From a virus: DNA of 64,000 bases. The notes under the pieces were generated by a model. It was not told where the DNA came from and searched no databases. It was given only the letters and a program-made list of their open reading frames with translations. The first letter of the stretch is position 1; each line of letters begins with the position of its first letter. Shown here piece after piece: positions 9,082 through 18,977 of this stretch. The position numbers and the translations under genes are program-made. The stretch lies in the IMG/VR virus record IMGVR_UViG_3300008116_000004. The stretch is one strand, 5' to 3'.

Positions 9082-10161
9082 TTAAGCAAATTCGTTATGT
9101 CTTGTTTCCGTTACAATATCGTCGATAAGTTCGTTTTGTAGAGCATACTTACAGAATGAGCAAGCATGATGTCTACGCTTAGTATTAATATCACCGTCAA
9201 TCGAATTATAGTAATCTAAGATACCATCGATGTCAGCAATTTTAAACTCAGCATTAACATGATATCCGTTCTCGGGTGCAAGTTCTGCTGATGGGCAAAC
9301 ATAAACGTTACCATCTGTAAACACGCAAGGCTTAACCATATGCATGTAACAATTATCGTTACGACGAGTGCCTTTGAAGTTAAAGTCTGAAAGGAAAGCA
9401 AACTTCAATGGACCATTCTCTGCTTCGAAGTTATTAAGAATGCCTCGAATCTTTTCAATGTCCTTAGCAGTTTCCTTTGGATCCTTGATAGCATTAAATG
9501 CAATGCGGCAAGGTATCTTCTTCTCTTCTACCCACTTAAGCATACGAATAAAGTTTTCTTCCTTATAGGTATTCTTAGCAAGAACTTTCTTACCTGCAAG
9601 TTCACTATTAGTCTCTGTCCACTGACCAGTAATGTTAGGGTTGGTAGAAGTTTCTAGTGCACCATCCCAAACATATGCAGCTGAGATTTCAATATTAGTA
9701 AGACCTTCAAATACTGAAAGGTCATAATCATATCCTTCGTCAAACCCGTACATACCAAGACGTACCCAGGATACTTTATCCCAATTCTTAATCTTCTTAA
9801 GACGCGAACCGTTTGTTACAATACCAATCTTAATTCCTTTTGCATGAATGTAATCAATCATGAAGTTAAGATCAGGATGAAGAGTAGGTTCGCCACCACC
9901 AGTAAATTCCATACCAAGAACACCAAGTTCAGCAAACTGATCTACGGCTTTAATCATCTGTTCCTTGGTAAGCATTTCCTTCAAGTTACGATTAGCAAAG
10001 CAGCAGAATGAACAAGTCAGATTGCAAGGATTGCAAGGTGACATATGGAACATTACAGGCTTTGGTCTTCCTCCTTTTTGGATAATAGAAAGCCTATCCA
10101 TATGCTTAAGAAGCTTAACATGATTACTTGTGTAGCTTCTACCTTGAACTTTTGTTTCCAT
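9082..10161 (-). CDS. Radical SAM protein with C-terminal SPASM/twitch-like Cys cluster
   Basis: CNLTCSFC, TGGGEPTLHP, C-terminal CY...DGNVYVCP...CSFC. Confidence 0.85.
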   Translation of the reverse strand: METKVQGRSYTSNHVKLLKHMDRLSIIQKGGRPKPVMFHMSPCNPCNLTCSFCCFANRNLKEMLTKEQMIKAVDQFAELGVLGMEFTGGGEPTLHPDLNFMIDYIHAKGIKIGIVTNGSRLKKIKNWDKVSWVRLGMYGFDEGYDYDLSVFEGLTNIEISAAYVWDGALETSTNPNITGQWTETNSELAGKKVLAKNTYKEENFIRMLKWVEEKKIPCRIAFNAIKDPKETAKDIEKIRGILNNFEAENGPLKFAFLSDFNFKGTRRNDNCYMHMVKPCVFTDGNVYVCPSAELAPENGYHVNAEFKIADIDGILDYYNSIDGDINTKRRHHACSFCKYALQNELIDDIVTETRHNEFA

Positions 10162-10181
10162 CTCGTGCATAATATTTTTCC

Positions 10182-10781
10182 TTATTGTTTAATCCAGTAC
10201 CAGACATTATCTGCACATGTTGCTATTGGAGGGTAGTCACCTTCAGATCTAAATTTATTTAGAGCAGCATTCACTCCAGGCAATCCATAATCATGCCCGG
10301 AAAAGATACCGCCTTTTCTTACTTTATTATAAAAGTTTTTACAATCTCTATAAACAGCTTCTTCTGAATGATCACCATCTATAAAAATATAATCTAGAGA
10401 TTCATCAGAATAATCTTGTAAAATATTCTCACATTTATCTTTTACTATGATAATTCTACCTTCAAACTGTTCTGTGTTCTTAACAGCTGCTTGGTATTGA
10501 GCATCTAATATATCTTCTCCAATATACGAATTCCAATCTTGATAAGGAAGATATGGATCAACTCCTATAAGATGAAGGTTAGGTATATTAGAAAGAAAAT
10601 GATTAATGTTCCAACCGCTTGCTACCCCGATCTCCATACCTATTATAGGAGTATCTTCATCTATTGTAAGTTGTTTTACTACAGGTACTAGCCCAGAAGC
10701 AGAAATGTATTTTTTTTGCTCCCATTCATTTTTTTCTACAAGTTCAGATATTAACCATGGATATAAATTTGAGTTTGTCAT
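10182..10781 (-). CDS. Class I SAM methyltransferase (Methyltransf_24-like)
   Basis: MEIGVASG, YIFIDGDH, SGHDY. Confidence 0.85.
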   Translation of the reverse strand: MTNSNLYPWLISELVEKNEWEQKKYISASGLVPVVKQLTIDEDTPIIGMEIGVASGWNINHFLSNIPNLHLIGVDPYLPYQDWNSYIGEDILDAQYQAAVKNTEQFEGRIIIVKDKCENILQDYSDESLDYIFIDGDHSEEAVYRDCKNFYNKVRKGGIFSGHDYGLPGVNAALNKFRSEGDYPPIATCADNVWYWIKQ

Positions 10782-11536
10782 TTTCTTTTCACTTCTTCGT
10801 AAATTGTATAATCTATACCAAATAATGGTGTAACATATTCATGATAATGCTGCATCATAAAATCTGGATAAACACTATTAAAAATATGATACATTTCTCT
10901 ATTAGCTTCGTCTACCTTATAATATGAGGGTGTATACCCTTTAAATGATGCAGGAGGGTGATAAACTGAACTACTATGAACCACCATAGCTTTTTCTTTT
11001 AATACTTTAGAAAGAATAACATCAAAACCGTAACCACTTTTAAAGTCATGCAATTTCCACAACTCAAGTAATGTTGGAATACAGGATGTGTGCACAAAGT
11101 TACACATTCCTTCTACAAATCTTGTAATAGAATATTCTAGGTCTTCTCTTTGATGCAGAATATGATGTGAACTTTCAGAGCCTTTGTAGGTAGATAATTG
11201 AAATAATTTAATTCTATTATCATAAGCAAGCTTAATTGCTCTATTAATATTATCAATATCTGTTATTAAATCATCATCAAAAAAACCGATATACTCATAA
11301 TCAGTCCAGTCAAATTCTTGTAAAAATTTATGAGCGATTTGCCACTTAAACCCTTTGTTTTCCCAGCTAATATAATCATATGTATTAGGTTCTATTTCAA
11401 TATCATTATATCTATAGAGTACAGTTTCATACAAACGTTCTGGTTTAGTATATCTCCAGTGATTATCTGAATCGTAAGCTTCTGGATAAAAATTAATAGG
11501 TATACCTACTGAACTAAAAATGAGACTTTTCTTCAT
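10778..11536 (-). CDS. Glycosyltransferase-like (DUF707-like)
   Basis: YEYIGFFDDDL DxD motif, FVEGM, GYGFD. Confidence 0.55.
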   Translation of the reverse strand: MKKSLIFSSVGIPINFYPEAYDSDNHWRYTKPERLYETVLYRYNDIEIEPNTYDYISWENKGFKWQIAHKFLQEFDWTDYEYIGFFDDDLITDIDNINRAIKLAYDNRIKLFQLSTYKGSESSHHILHQREDLEYSITRFVEGMCNFVHTSCIPTLLELWKLHDFKSGYGFDVILSKVLKEKAMVVHSSSVYHPPASFKGYTPSYYKVDEANREMYHIFNSVYPDFMMQHYHEYVTPLFGIDYTIYEEVKRK

Positions 11537-12387
11537 CTGTATTTTTCTTCTATAGATTGTTTCCACATCGAATTACGATTATATTGGTGAACTATAAAAT
11601 AATCAATACCTGAAGAAGTTTTTACCATACCGTTTTCAAATTTAGGATTAGCTTCAATATTAACTCTCGAATAATCTTTATATGGGTCTGCAACTGTACC
11701 TACTTGACAAGCCCAGCCACTATCATGACTTACATAACGAGTAATTAGTTTATAAGGGATAGTTGAGAGTAGTACGTTATAAGCTGCTTGATCTGAACCA
11801 CCACCACCAGGTACATGTTGTTGTTTTCCAGTACATAAAGAGTAGATCGAGAAGAAAAGATCACTCATAGCTTCAGTTTTACCAGCCATAACTCCAGCGT
11901 TGTATATTGAGATGTCTTTTAACTTCTCATACACTTCTTCACCAAATGCTAATTTCATATTATTAGCACCCCATACCTCATCTTTATATCTTATATTTTC
12001 TGAAGAAGAAATAATATGTTTAGTTGATATACTATCTATTAAACTAAAATAAACGTATTTGCTGGGATCTTTCTGAAAGATCACATCAGTAACATCCGTA
12101 GTAATAATAAAATCATATTTTTCTTTTCTATCTTGTAGTATTGCATAGTAAACATAAAATCTTACAACACAGACATGTTCATTAGGTTCTAATTTTCTCA
12201 GAGAAATTACTTCAAAATTATTTTGTTCAAATTTTTGTTCAAGTTCTTTATTGTCACCAAAAATAATAATAAGTTTATCCCCAGAATAGCCGCTTTGATT
12301 AAGAGAATTAACCCAAAATTTACATTTATCCCAAGTAAGATCAGAGGTAATAGATCCTAGTACTAGACTACTCACAATTCGCCCCAT
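11533..12387 (-). CDS. Glycosyltransferase-like protein
   Basis: TDVTDVIFQKDP, NAGVMAG, DQAAYN, HQYNR motifs of GT-A type. Confidence 0.65.
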   Translation of the reverse strand: MGRIVSSLVLGSITSDLTWDKCKFWVNSLNQSGYSGDKLIIIFGDNKELEQKFEQNNFEVISLRKLEPNEHVCVVRFYVYYAILQDRKEKYDFIITTDVTDVIFQKDPSKYVYFSLIDSISTKHIISSSENIRYKDEVWGANNMKLAFGEEVYEKLKDISIYNAGVMAGKTEAMSDLFFSIYSLCTGKQQHVPGGGGSDQAAYNVLLSTIPYKLITRYVSHDSGWACQVGTVADPYKDYSRVNIEANPKFENGMVKTSSGIDYFIVHQYNRNSMWKQSIEEKYR

Positions 12388-13109
12388 ACTTTTAAATAAT
12401 CACTTTGTTGAAAATTATTATTATTATTTACATCTTTAATTTTTTTTGCAGCAAATGCTATGTAGTGTGAGTTAGGTGATGTTTTAAATTCTTGTCTATC
12501 ACCTTTTTTAGGTTCAGGTATATGATACATGTCAAACGATTCATCTGAAGTCAATTCATAAATGTCCAAACTAAGTTGTTCATAACCTGCTTGTTCTGAA
12601 AAAACTGTTCTAAAAAATTCTGGGCTAAATTGATAAAAACCATGTCCTGCAAAATTATTACATGTGGTAATAATTGCTACTACCCCACCTACCTTTAGCA
12701 TAATTTTGTAATTATCAATCACTGTTTTAATATCATAGATATGTTCAATAGTACCTGCGTCTAAAATATAATCGAAAGTATTATGGTATATCTCGTCGAC
12801 TGGTTTATTCATATCATGAACTATAGAACAACCTTCATAAGGTGAATAATCTATTGTATCTACACTATCAGCACCTAGTAGTCTAAATAGTTTTTCTGTA
12901 TGACCATCACCACCATTAACAGTATCTTCTGCTGTAAAATTAATGTCATGGTCTGATAAAATTTTATTACTAATTGCTGCTTTCCTGCCAGATCTATCTG
13001 CCCAGGAACCTGCATAGTGGAGACCTTGTCTTCCAATCTGCAGTGTTTTGCCTTTTACATATTGTTTATGATCAGCAATAAAGTTCAAACACGAAATATC
13101 AATACCCAT
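12372..13109 (-). CDS. SAM methyltransferase-like protein
   Basis: LQIGRQ, DYILDAGTIEHIY, GHGFYQFSPE. Confidence 0.7.
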   Translation of the reverse strand: MGIDISCLNFIADHKQYVKGKTLQIGRQGLHYAGSWADRSGRKAAISNKILSDHDINFTAEDTVNGGDGHTEKLFRLLGADSVDTIDYSPYEGCSIVHDMNKPVDEIYHNTFDYILDAGTIEHIYDIKTVIDNYKIMLKVGGVVAIITTCNNFAGHGFYQFSPEFFRTVFSEQAGYEQLSLDIYELTSDESFDMYHIPEPKKGDRQEFKTSPNSHYIAFAAKKIKDVNNNNNFQQSDYLKVWGEL

Positions 13110-13123
13110 AACAACCTCATAAT

Positions 13124-13151
13124 AAAGAAAAGGGGCGCAGAGTGCGCCCCT
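13124..13151 (-). terminator. Rho-independent terminator after yhhQ
   Basis: AGGGGCGC-ACTCT-GCGCCCCT stem followed by TTTCTTT on minus strand. Confidence 0.8.
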
Positions 13152-13166
13152 GTGTAGTATTATTTA

Positions 13167-13748
13167 TTATTGTTCTTTCTTAATTTTATTCAAGAGATGG
13201 TTAAGAACAACACCGTAGATAGGAAGAATAATAACAAGACTTACAATAGTCTTGAATACAACATCGGCATTTGCAATTGCAAGCCAGTTAGCTGCCATAT
13301 ACTCGTTAGTGCTGTTATAGAATGCTGCACCAAAGAAAGCATATGTGTCAACAATGTTTGCAAAGATACCTGAAACTAATGGTGCAACCCACCAAGAAGA
13401 ATACTTTTCTCTTACTTTCTGGAATACTGTTACGTCAAACAATTGACCAATAAGATATGCTACTGCTGACGCAACACCGATACGCCAATCAGAAAGAGCA
13501 GCACTAACTACTGCCGCAGGAATAAAAGCCATACCAACAACTACTCTTGATTGATGTTTATTGGTAAGACGTGTAGTCAAATCAGTTGCTACAAGAACTA
13601 ATGGGAAGAGGAACATTGCCCATGTTACTTTAAGTCCAAAAATTTCTAATGGAAACTGAACAATATAATTTGCAAGTCCGATAATGAATACATGGACAAG
13701 CATAAGTTTTAATGCTAGATTTTTATTTACTTCTGCAAAGTTAATCAT
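13167..13748 (-). CDS. yhhQ: Queuosine-precursor (preQ0/preQ1) transporter, VUT family
   Basis: Multi-TM protein; [42 protein letters not shown]. Confidence 0.85.
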   Translation of the reverse strand: MINFAEVNKNLALKLMLVHVFIIGLANYIVQFPLEIFGLKVTWAMFLFPLVLVATDLTTRLTNKHQSRVVVGMAFIPAAVVSAALSDWRIGVASAVAYLIGQLFDVTVFQKVREKYSSWWVAPLVSGIFANIVDTYAFFGAAFYNSTNEYMAANWLAIANADVVFKTIVSLVIILPIYGVVLNHLLNKIKKEQ

Positions 13749-14863
13749 ATAGTATTCCTTTCAAATACATTATTGTATTGCTGGGTTACTCTAACAAATG
13801 TAGTACACTTGCTGAGATACTTCAACTTTGAGGCTCCAACATAGGTGCATGCGGACCTCAAACCACCTAAAATATCTCGTACTGTATCGGAAGCTTTTCC
13901 TTTATACGGTACGAGTACCTCTCTTCCTTCTGAAGATCGGTAATCCTTAAGACCACCAAAGTGTTTATCATTGGCAGCCTTGGAACTCATTCCATAGAAC
14001 TTTACGAATTTCTTTTCTTCTGTGATTGGTTTGTATGTATCCCAATCACGATCATATGACCACTCACCTGTACTGAGATACTTAGTAACAATATCACCAC
14101 CACCTTCATCGTGGCCGGCAAGCATGCCACCAAGCATTACAAAGTCAGCACCAGCTGCAAATGCTTTAGCAACATCGCCAGGAGAAGTACAACCACCATC
14201 AGCTATGATATGCCCACCAAGTCCATGAGCAGCGTCAGCGCACTCGATAACAGCTGAGAGCTGCGGATAACCAACACCTGTTTTAATGCGGGTAGTGCAA
14301 ACAGAACCAGGACCAATGCCTACTTTAACGATATCAGCTCCAGCAAGGATCAACTCCTCTGTAATATCACCGGTAACAACATTACCTGCAATGATTGTAA
14401 GTAAAGGATAATTATCTCTTACATGTTTAACTACATCAATAAAACGTTCTGTATATCCGTTTGCAACATCAATACAAACATATTTTAGTTTACTACTATG
14501 TCTATAAACATAGTGAAGTTTATTAAGATCATCTTCACCTATACCAATACTCATAGCGGTATGATCATTAACGTCATGATCAATTATAGAAGCATCATGT
14601 AAAAACTCTACTACTTCTTCTGGAGAATAGTGTTTAACAAGACAGGTAAACATATTGAAGTTTGATAACTCGACTGCCATACGACGAGTACCAACACCAT
14701 CCATATTTGCAGCGATAATAGGAACTCCGCAATAGTTAAGTTGACTATTGCGGAAAGTATATTCACGTTCTAGTGATACTGTTTTTCTAGAAGTAAGTGT
14801 ACTACGTTTAGGTCTTAGTAGTACATCTTTAAAGTCAAGTTTTTGATCATTATCGATACGCAT
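13745..14863 (-). CDS. guaC: GMP reductase
   Basis: [44 protein letters not shown]. Confidence 0.95.
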   Translation of the reverse strand: MRIDNDQKLDFKDVLLRPKRSTLTSRKTVSLEREYTFRNSQLNYCGVPIIAANMDGVGTRRMAVELSNFNMFTCLVKHYSPEEVVEFLHDASIIDHDVNDHTAMSIGIGEDDLNKLHYVYRHSSKLKYVCIDVANGYTERFIDVVKHVRDNYPLLTIIAGNVVTGDITEELILAGADIVKVGIGPGSVCTTRIKTGVGYPQLSAVIECADAAHGLGGHIIADGGCTSPGDVAKAFAAGADFVMLGGMLAGHDEGGGDIVTKYLSTGEWSYDRDWDTYKPITEEKKFVKFYGMSSKAANDKHFGGLKDYRSSEGREVLVPYKGKASDTVRDILGGLRSACTYVGASKLKYLSKCTTFVRVTQQYNNVFERNTI

Positions 14864-14952
14864 TAGTCTACTGTACCGATAATCTTAAATGAACGACCAA
14901 TCCAAAATCCAACATACCACTTCTTTGTAAAGACATCATATCGCTTAACCAT
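14863..14952 (-). CDS. 29-aa small protein translationally coupled to guaC
   Basis: [29 protein letters not shown]; GGAG RBS; TAATG overlap. Confidence 0.55.
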   Translation of the reverse strand: MVKRYDVFTKKWYVGFWIGRSFKIIGTVD

Positions 14953-14962
14953 TTTATTCTCC

Positions 14963-15253
14963 TTAGAGTGACCAACGAGTTTTCTGGGTGATCTTATCGC
15001 GTTTAACTGGTCTGTCATAGCACTCAACGAACCCCATTAAGATACGAATCTGATTTTCAATAGGATACGACCAGTCACCCCAGTCATATACTGAATCTTC
15101 TTCTTTAGTGCACTTACGCAAATACTCTAAGTAACCATTAGTACATGCGTCTGCGTATTCTTTTTCATCAGAATCATTACGTACTGAAACGCGATGATAT
15201 AGACGGTAAGCTAGCCAAAGACGTTTAATATGATATTCGAGTTTGTTTTCCAT
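14963..15253 (-). CDS. Hypothetical protein
   Basis: ORF track; operon context. Confidence 0.55.
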   Translation of the reverse strand: MENKLEYHIKRLWLAYRLYHRVSVRNDSDEKEYADACTNGYLEYLRKCTKEEDSVYDWGDWSYPIENQIRILMGFVECYDRPVKRDKITQKTRWSL

Positions 15254-15275
15254 ATTATAATTATGGCTTATCTTA

Positions 15276-15989
15276 TTAAATAAATCCAGTACGATGTTTG
15301 TTCTCTTCCTTAATCTTTGCTAAAAGACTAGGCATTTCCCTGTTGTAAACAATTGATTCTCTATTTAGAATCTCATTAGAATCTTTAATCGTAGAAGTTG
15401 TAACTGCAAATGGTGTATGGTAGAACGTATTAGTAATATGATAGTTTTGATTAAGTTTATAGAACATTGTGTCGTATATGAAATTATCACCCCAGTACAA
15501 GTCTAGTCCTTCAATGATAGGGACGTATACGTCTTTATGGAAAAACATAAGTGTACCTAGACCGAAATGAAATCTATAGTCATAAGGTGTTGCACATTGT
15601 AAGAGAGTAATTTCACCAGTCGTAATAGGAATCTGATTGAAGTCTTTTACATTACCAGGACAAATACCACACAATCCTATATTAGGATTAAGGAACTGAT
15701 CCATACGATGAAATAATTTAAGATCAACTATTACATCATCGTTAATAAGACATATCTTATCATATTTGGCAATCTGTGTTCCTATGTTCCATGCTGGATT
15801 AACATAGATGTTCTTACCATATGATATACAGTTTACTTTAGAATGTGTAAATATGTTACTAGTAGGTGTTACAGCTGGATCATTATCAATAATAATAATT
15901 TCACCAATGGAAGGTACTTCAACCATATCTTCTACAAATTTAAGAAATGGTGGATACTTCCACATTGTAGGCACAACAACTGTTATCAT
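15276..15989 (-). CDS. Glycosyltransferase family 2
   Basis: ITVVVPT, IIIIDND, LINDD. Confidence 0.8.
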   Translation of the reverse strand: MITVVVPTMWKYPPFLKFVEDMVEVPSIGEIIIIDNDPAVTPTSNIFTHSKVNCISYGKNIYVNPAWNIGTQIAKYDKICLINDDVIVDLKLFHRMDQFLNPNIGLCGICPGNVKDFNQIPITTGEITLLQCATPYDYRFHFGLGTLMFFHKDVYVPIIEGLDLYWGDNFIYDTMFYKLNQNYHITNTFYHTPFAVTTSTIKDSNEILNRESIVYNREMPSLLAKIKEENKHRTGFI

Positions 15990-16006
15990 AACTACCTCAT
16001 AATAAA

Positions 16007-16097
16007 TGGCGGAGGGTATAGGATTCGAACCTATGGGACCGTGTTAGGGACCGACTCGTTAGCAATGAGCTGCTTTCGACCACTCAGCCAACCCTCC
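16007..16097 (-). tRNA. tRNA-Ser(GCU)
   Basis: Anticodon loop TTGCTAA, long variable arm, G73-CCA. Confidence 0.9.
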
Positions 16098-16101
16098 AAT
16101 T

Positions 16102-16623
16102 CTATATTACTTTTAAAAACTTTTCTATGCCTTTGTTAATATTTTCTTGCCAGTGATTTGCTGAGTTTTCATCTGCATAATCTGTTAAATATTTGTAACA
16201 CGAAAAAGGTTTGTTCATTAAATTACAAACTTTTGCTATTGCATATGCTTCCATATCAACCGCATCTGTTTTTAATTCAGGTGAAGACATTACAAAATTA
16301 TCACCTGTGCTTAAAGTATAATGTGAATTACTGATAGTAATTGATCCGCTGTTTTTTTCAAACGGGGTATGACCTAGTTCTGCTAACGGTCTTGCATCCA
16401 TATCTCTTTGATACAAAGTGCCAATCTCAATAAGCTGTCCTATAAGATCTTTGTTAAGAGCTCCTGCAGTACCATAATTAATAATTCTAGTACATTTAGG
16501 ATCTATACATGCTTCTACTGCAGCAATTGTAGCATTAATTTTACCTACCCCGGTATATTTAATATACAAATCTGTACTATTAAATGGAAGCTCTTGCTCT
16601 AACGCTACTAGTATATAAATCAC
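16102..16623 (-). CDS. MTA/SAH nucleosidase-like (PNP_UDP_1); start approximate
   Basis: TGVGKINA, INYGTAG, STGDNF, VDMEAYAIA, KYLTD. Confidence 0.8.
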   Translation of the reverse strand: MIYILVALEQELPFNSTDLYIKYTGVGKINATIAAVEACIDPKCTRIINYGTAGALNKDLIGQLIEIGTLYQRDMDARPLAELGHTPFEKNSGSITISNSHYTLSTGDNFVMSSPELKTDAVDMEAYAIAKVCNLMNKPFSCYKYLTDYADENSANHWQENINKGIEKFLKVI

Positions 16624-17480
16624 TTCAATTCCATCTGATATGCACTCATACACATATCTTCTAAAGTGCGCTTACCGTAATACTTTACCGACTTATCTTC
16701 AGGCATAATAAGTTCTGCAGTATCACCAGATCTTCTCGGTCCTTCTATAACCTGGAAGTCAACATCCGAAACAATTTTCATTGCATCTATAACTTCTCTA
16801 ACAGTATGACCGATACCACTACCAATGCATTCATAATTTGAATTACTAGGATTTTCAATAGAGTTAACTATACAATCTGCAAGATCAGAAACGTGAACAT
16901 AGTCTCTAATACAAGTACCATCACGGGTATCCCAGTCAGTGCCATTTATAGTAATAAAAGGTCTTTTACCTGCTGCTGCTTCTGCTGCAATACGTATCAA
17001 ATGAGTAGCATTACCAATTTGTCTAAACTCACCGTTATTACCAGCAACATTAAAGAATCTAAAAATGCTATAATTCTTACCGTATGCTTTAATAATATTT
17101 TCTGCAAGTAATTTTGATTGTGCATATGGTGATATAGGATTAAACGCTGATGCTGTAGATGCAAAAATAAAATTATCTGAAGAATATTTTATAAGTGTAT
17201 TAAATGTACCTTCAACATTTGTCTTAACGTACTTCCAAGGAACTCTTACTGACTCTTCAATATCAATAGCACCAGCAAGGTGGACAATTGCATCATAATC
17301 ACCACGGTGATCTTTACGAACTACATCATGTAGGTATGCTGGTTTGTTTAAATATTTTTCAATATCATTGGAAGACCTGCTGATGTCTAGACCTTCAACA
17401 TGATAACCATGTTCAGCTAAAGCCTTAACTGTATGTGAACCAATATAACCATAAGCACCTGTTACTAAGATTTTTTTCAT
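16620..17480 (-). CDS. galE: UDP-glucose 4-epimerase-like
   Basis: TGAYGYIGSH, YAQSK, RFFNVAG, DGTCIRDYVHV. Confidence 0.85.
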   Translation of the reverse strand: MKKILVTGAYGYIGSHTVKALAEHGYHVEGLDISRSSNDIEKYLNKPAYLHDVVRKDHRGDYDAIVHLAGAIDIEESVRVPWKYVKTNVEGTFNTLIKYSSDNFIFASTASAFNPISPYAQSKLLAENIIKAYGKNYSIFRFFNVAGNNGEFRQIGNATHLIRIAAEAAAGKRPFITINGTDWDTRDGTCIRDYVHVSDLADCIVNSIENPSNSNYECIGSGIGHTVREVIDAMKIVSDVDFQVIEGPRRSGDTAELIMPEDKSVKYYGKRTLEDMCMSAYQMELK

Positions 17481-17890
17481 TATGGTAACGCTGCTCTCTT
17501 TCTTAAATCTGTAGTTGAAAATCTATGTTTACGACTATTGTAAATAATTTCAATATTATTATCTAGGCAATACTCTTTACCGGTAAAATCTTTATTACGA
17601 TATTCTTCTCCTACAAATCTTACATTGACTGGAAATATTGTAAGAATATCTAACAAGTCTTTTTCTGTTTCATAAACTATAATTTGATCGACATGCTTAA
17701 CTGCTGCTAACTGTATTTGTCTTTCTACAATCGATTGTGCAGGTTTGTTTTTAGTATCTGGTCTATCTATAGTAGGATCGGTCTGTAACCCTACAATGAG
17801 ATAATCACAGTATTGTTTTGTTTCTTCTAGCATTAAAATATGACCTGCATGAAGAAGATCGAATGTTGAAAATGTTACACCAATTTTCAT
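17480..17890 (-). CDS. Cytidylyltransferase (TagD-like)
   Basis: FDLLHAGH, RKHRFSTT. Confidence 0.85.
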   Translation of the reverse strand: MKIGVTFSTFDLLHAGHILMLEETKQYCDYLIVGLQTDPTIDRPDTKNKPAQSIVERQIQLAAVKHVDQIIVYETEKDLLDILTIFPVNVRFVGEEYRNKDFTGKEYCLDNNIEIIYNSRKHRFSTTDLRKRAALP

Positions 17891-17898
17891 AATACACC

Positions 17899-18624
17899 TT
17901 AATTAAATTTTCTAAGATAGTCTAAGCTAATTCTTCCAGATTCAAAATCATTATAACCTGATTTAAGTATTAAGTTAAAATCTCCTGCAAGTCCACACCT
18001 TCTACCATCCTGTAGCTTATTTAGATTAGGATTAGGAACTGTACCATGAGGTAAATTACCAGGCCACATTACTAATAGTCCTTCACGGGGTGGAATAAAA
18101 AAACTATTATAGTTAGTAACGTTACGTTCTTTTAAAAATGTTTTATCTTGCTCAAATCTATCATCATCCATCATACCTGAAAATAACTGATTTGGTCTAT
18201 GAACATTTTTAAATGATAAACAATCTGCGTCTTCTGGAACTTCAAGATAATATACAAATGAAATATCTGAATTAGAATGAATATGATAGTTCATATGATT
18301 GCCAGGTTTATCTAAAATAGACAACCATGTTTTAGTAATATAATATTCAAACACATCACTTTTAACACCTAACAAATCTACATAAGATTTTGCATGTATC
18401 GATATCTGTCTAAAAAAATCTTGGAAAAGAGAATTATGGTGTATATTGATTTTGCCAATATGTTCACCCGTCATTCTATAGATATCGTTTTGTTCATCTA
18501 ATGTTTCAAAGTTATAAGGTTCTATATTATCTAATATAACTTTATTATACTCTCTATAATTATTTAGTTGTGCTGTATAGATTACTGTAGGGAATATAAG
18601 ATGAGCTTCAGTTTCATCAAGCAT
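17899..18624 (-). CDS. 2OG-Fe(II) oxygenase-like (TIGR02466-like)
   Basis: HIHSNSDISFVYYL, P.EG..VMWP..LPHG. Confidence 0.7.
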   Translation of the reverse strand: MLDETEAHLIFPTVIYTAQLNNYREYNKVILDNIEPYNFETLDEQNDIYRMTGEHIGKINIHHNSLFQDFFRQISIHAKSYVDLLGVKSDVFEYYITKTWLSILDKPGNHMNYHIHSNSDISFVYYLEVPEDADCLSFKNVHRPNQLFSGMMDDDRFEQDKTFLKERNVTNYNSFFIPPREGLLVMWPGNLPHGTVPNPNLNKLQDGRRCGLAGDFNLILKSGYNDFESGRISLDYLRKFN

Positions 18625-18802
18625 TATCTATTTCTTTTTCTAGCCACTCAATTTCTTTTTTAACTTGAAGTTTCTTTATTTTTAGATCTTTTATTTTAAG
18701 ATCTGGATCGTAATGAATATAAGATTCGTTAATCTGATTTTCTAAATCTTTATGCTTTTCTTTAAGACTTTTAATATGATGTTTAAGTTTTTCTATGTTC
18801 AT
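18617..18802 (-). CDS. DUF465/YdcH-like coiled-coil protein
   Basis: LKEKHKDLENQI...LKIKKLQVKKEI. Confidence 0.6.
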   Translation of the reverse strand: MNIEKLKHHIKSLKEKHKDLENQINESYIHYDPDLKIKDLKIKKLQVKKEIEWLEKEIDNA

Positions 18803-18977
18803 ATAAGTCTCCATTTTACACATAATACCTAAATATATAGGAGTTGATTATTAACTTCAACTGAATAATTATGTGCGCTTGAAATAAATTATAAGATTCG
18901 CGCAATTTAATCATGTTTATATCATTATGAATGACTGATTGATTGAATTAAAATGTTCAACCAATGAGGGAATAAAC

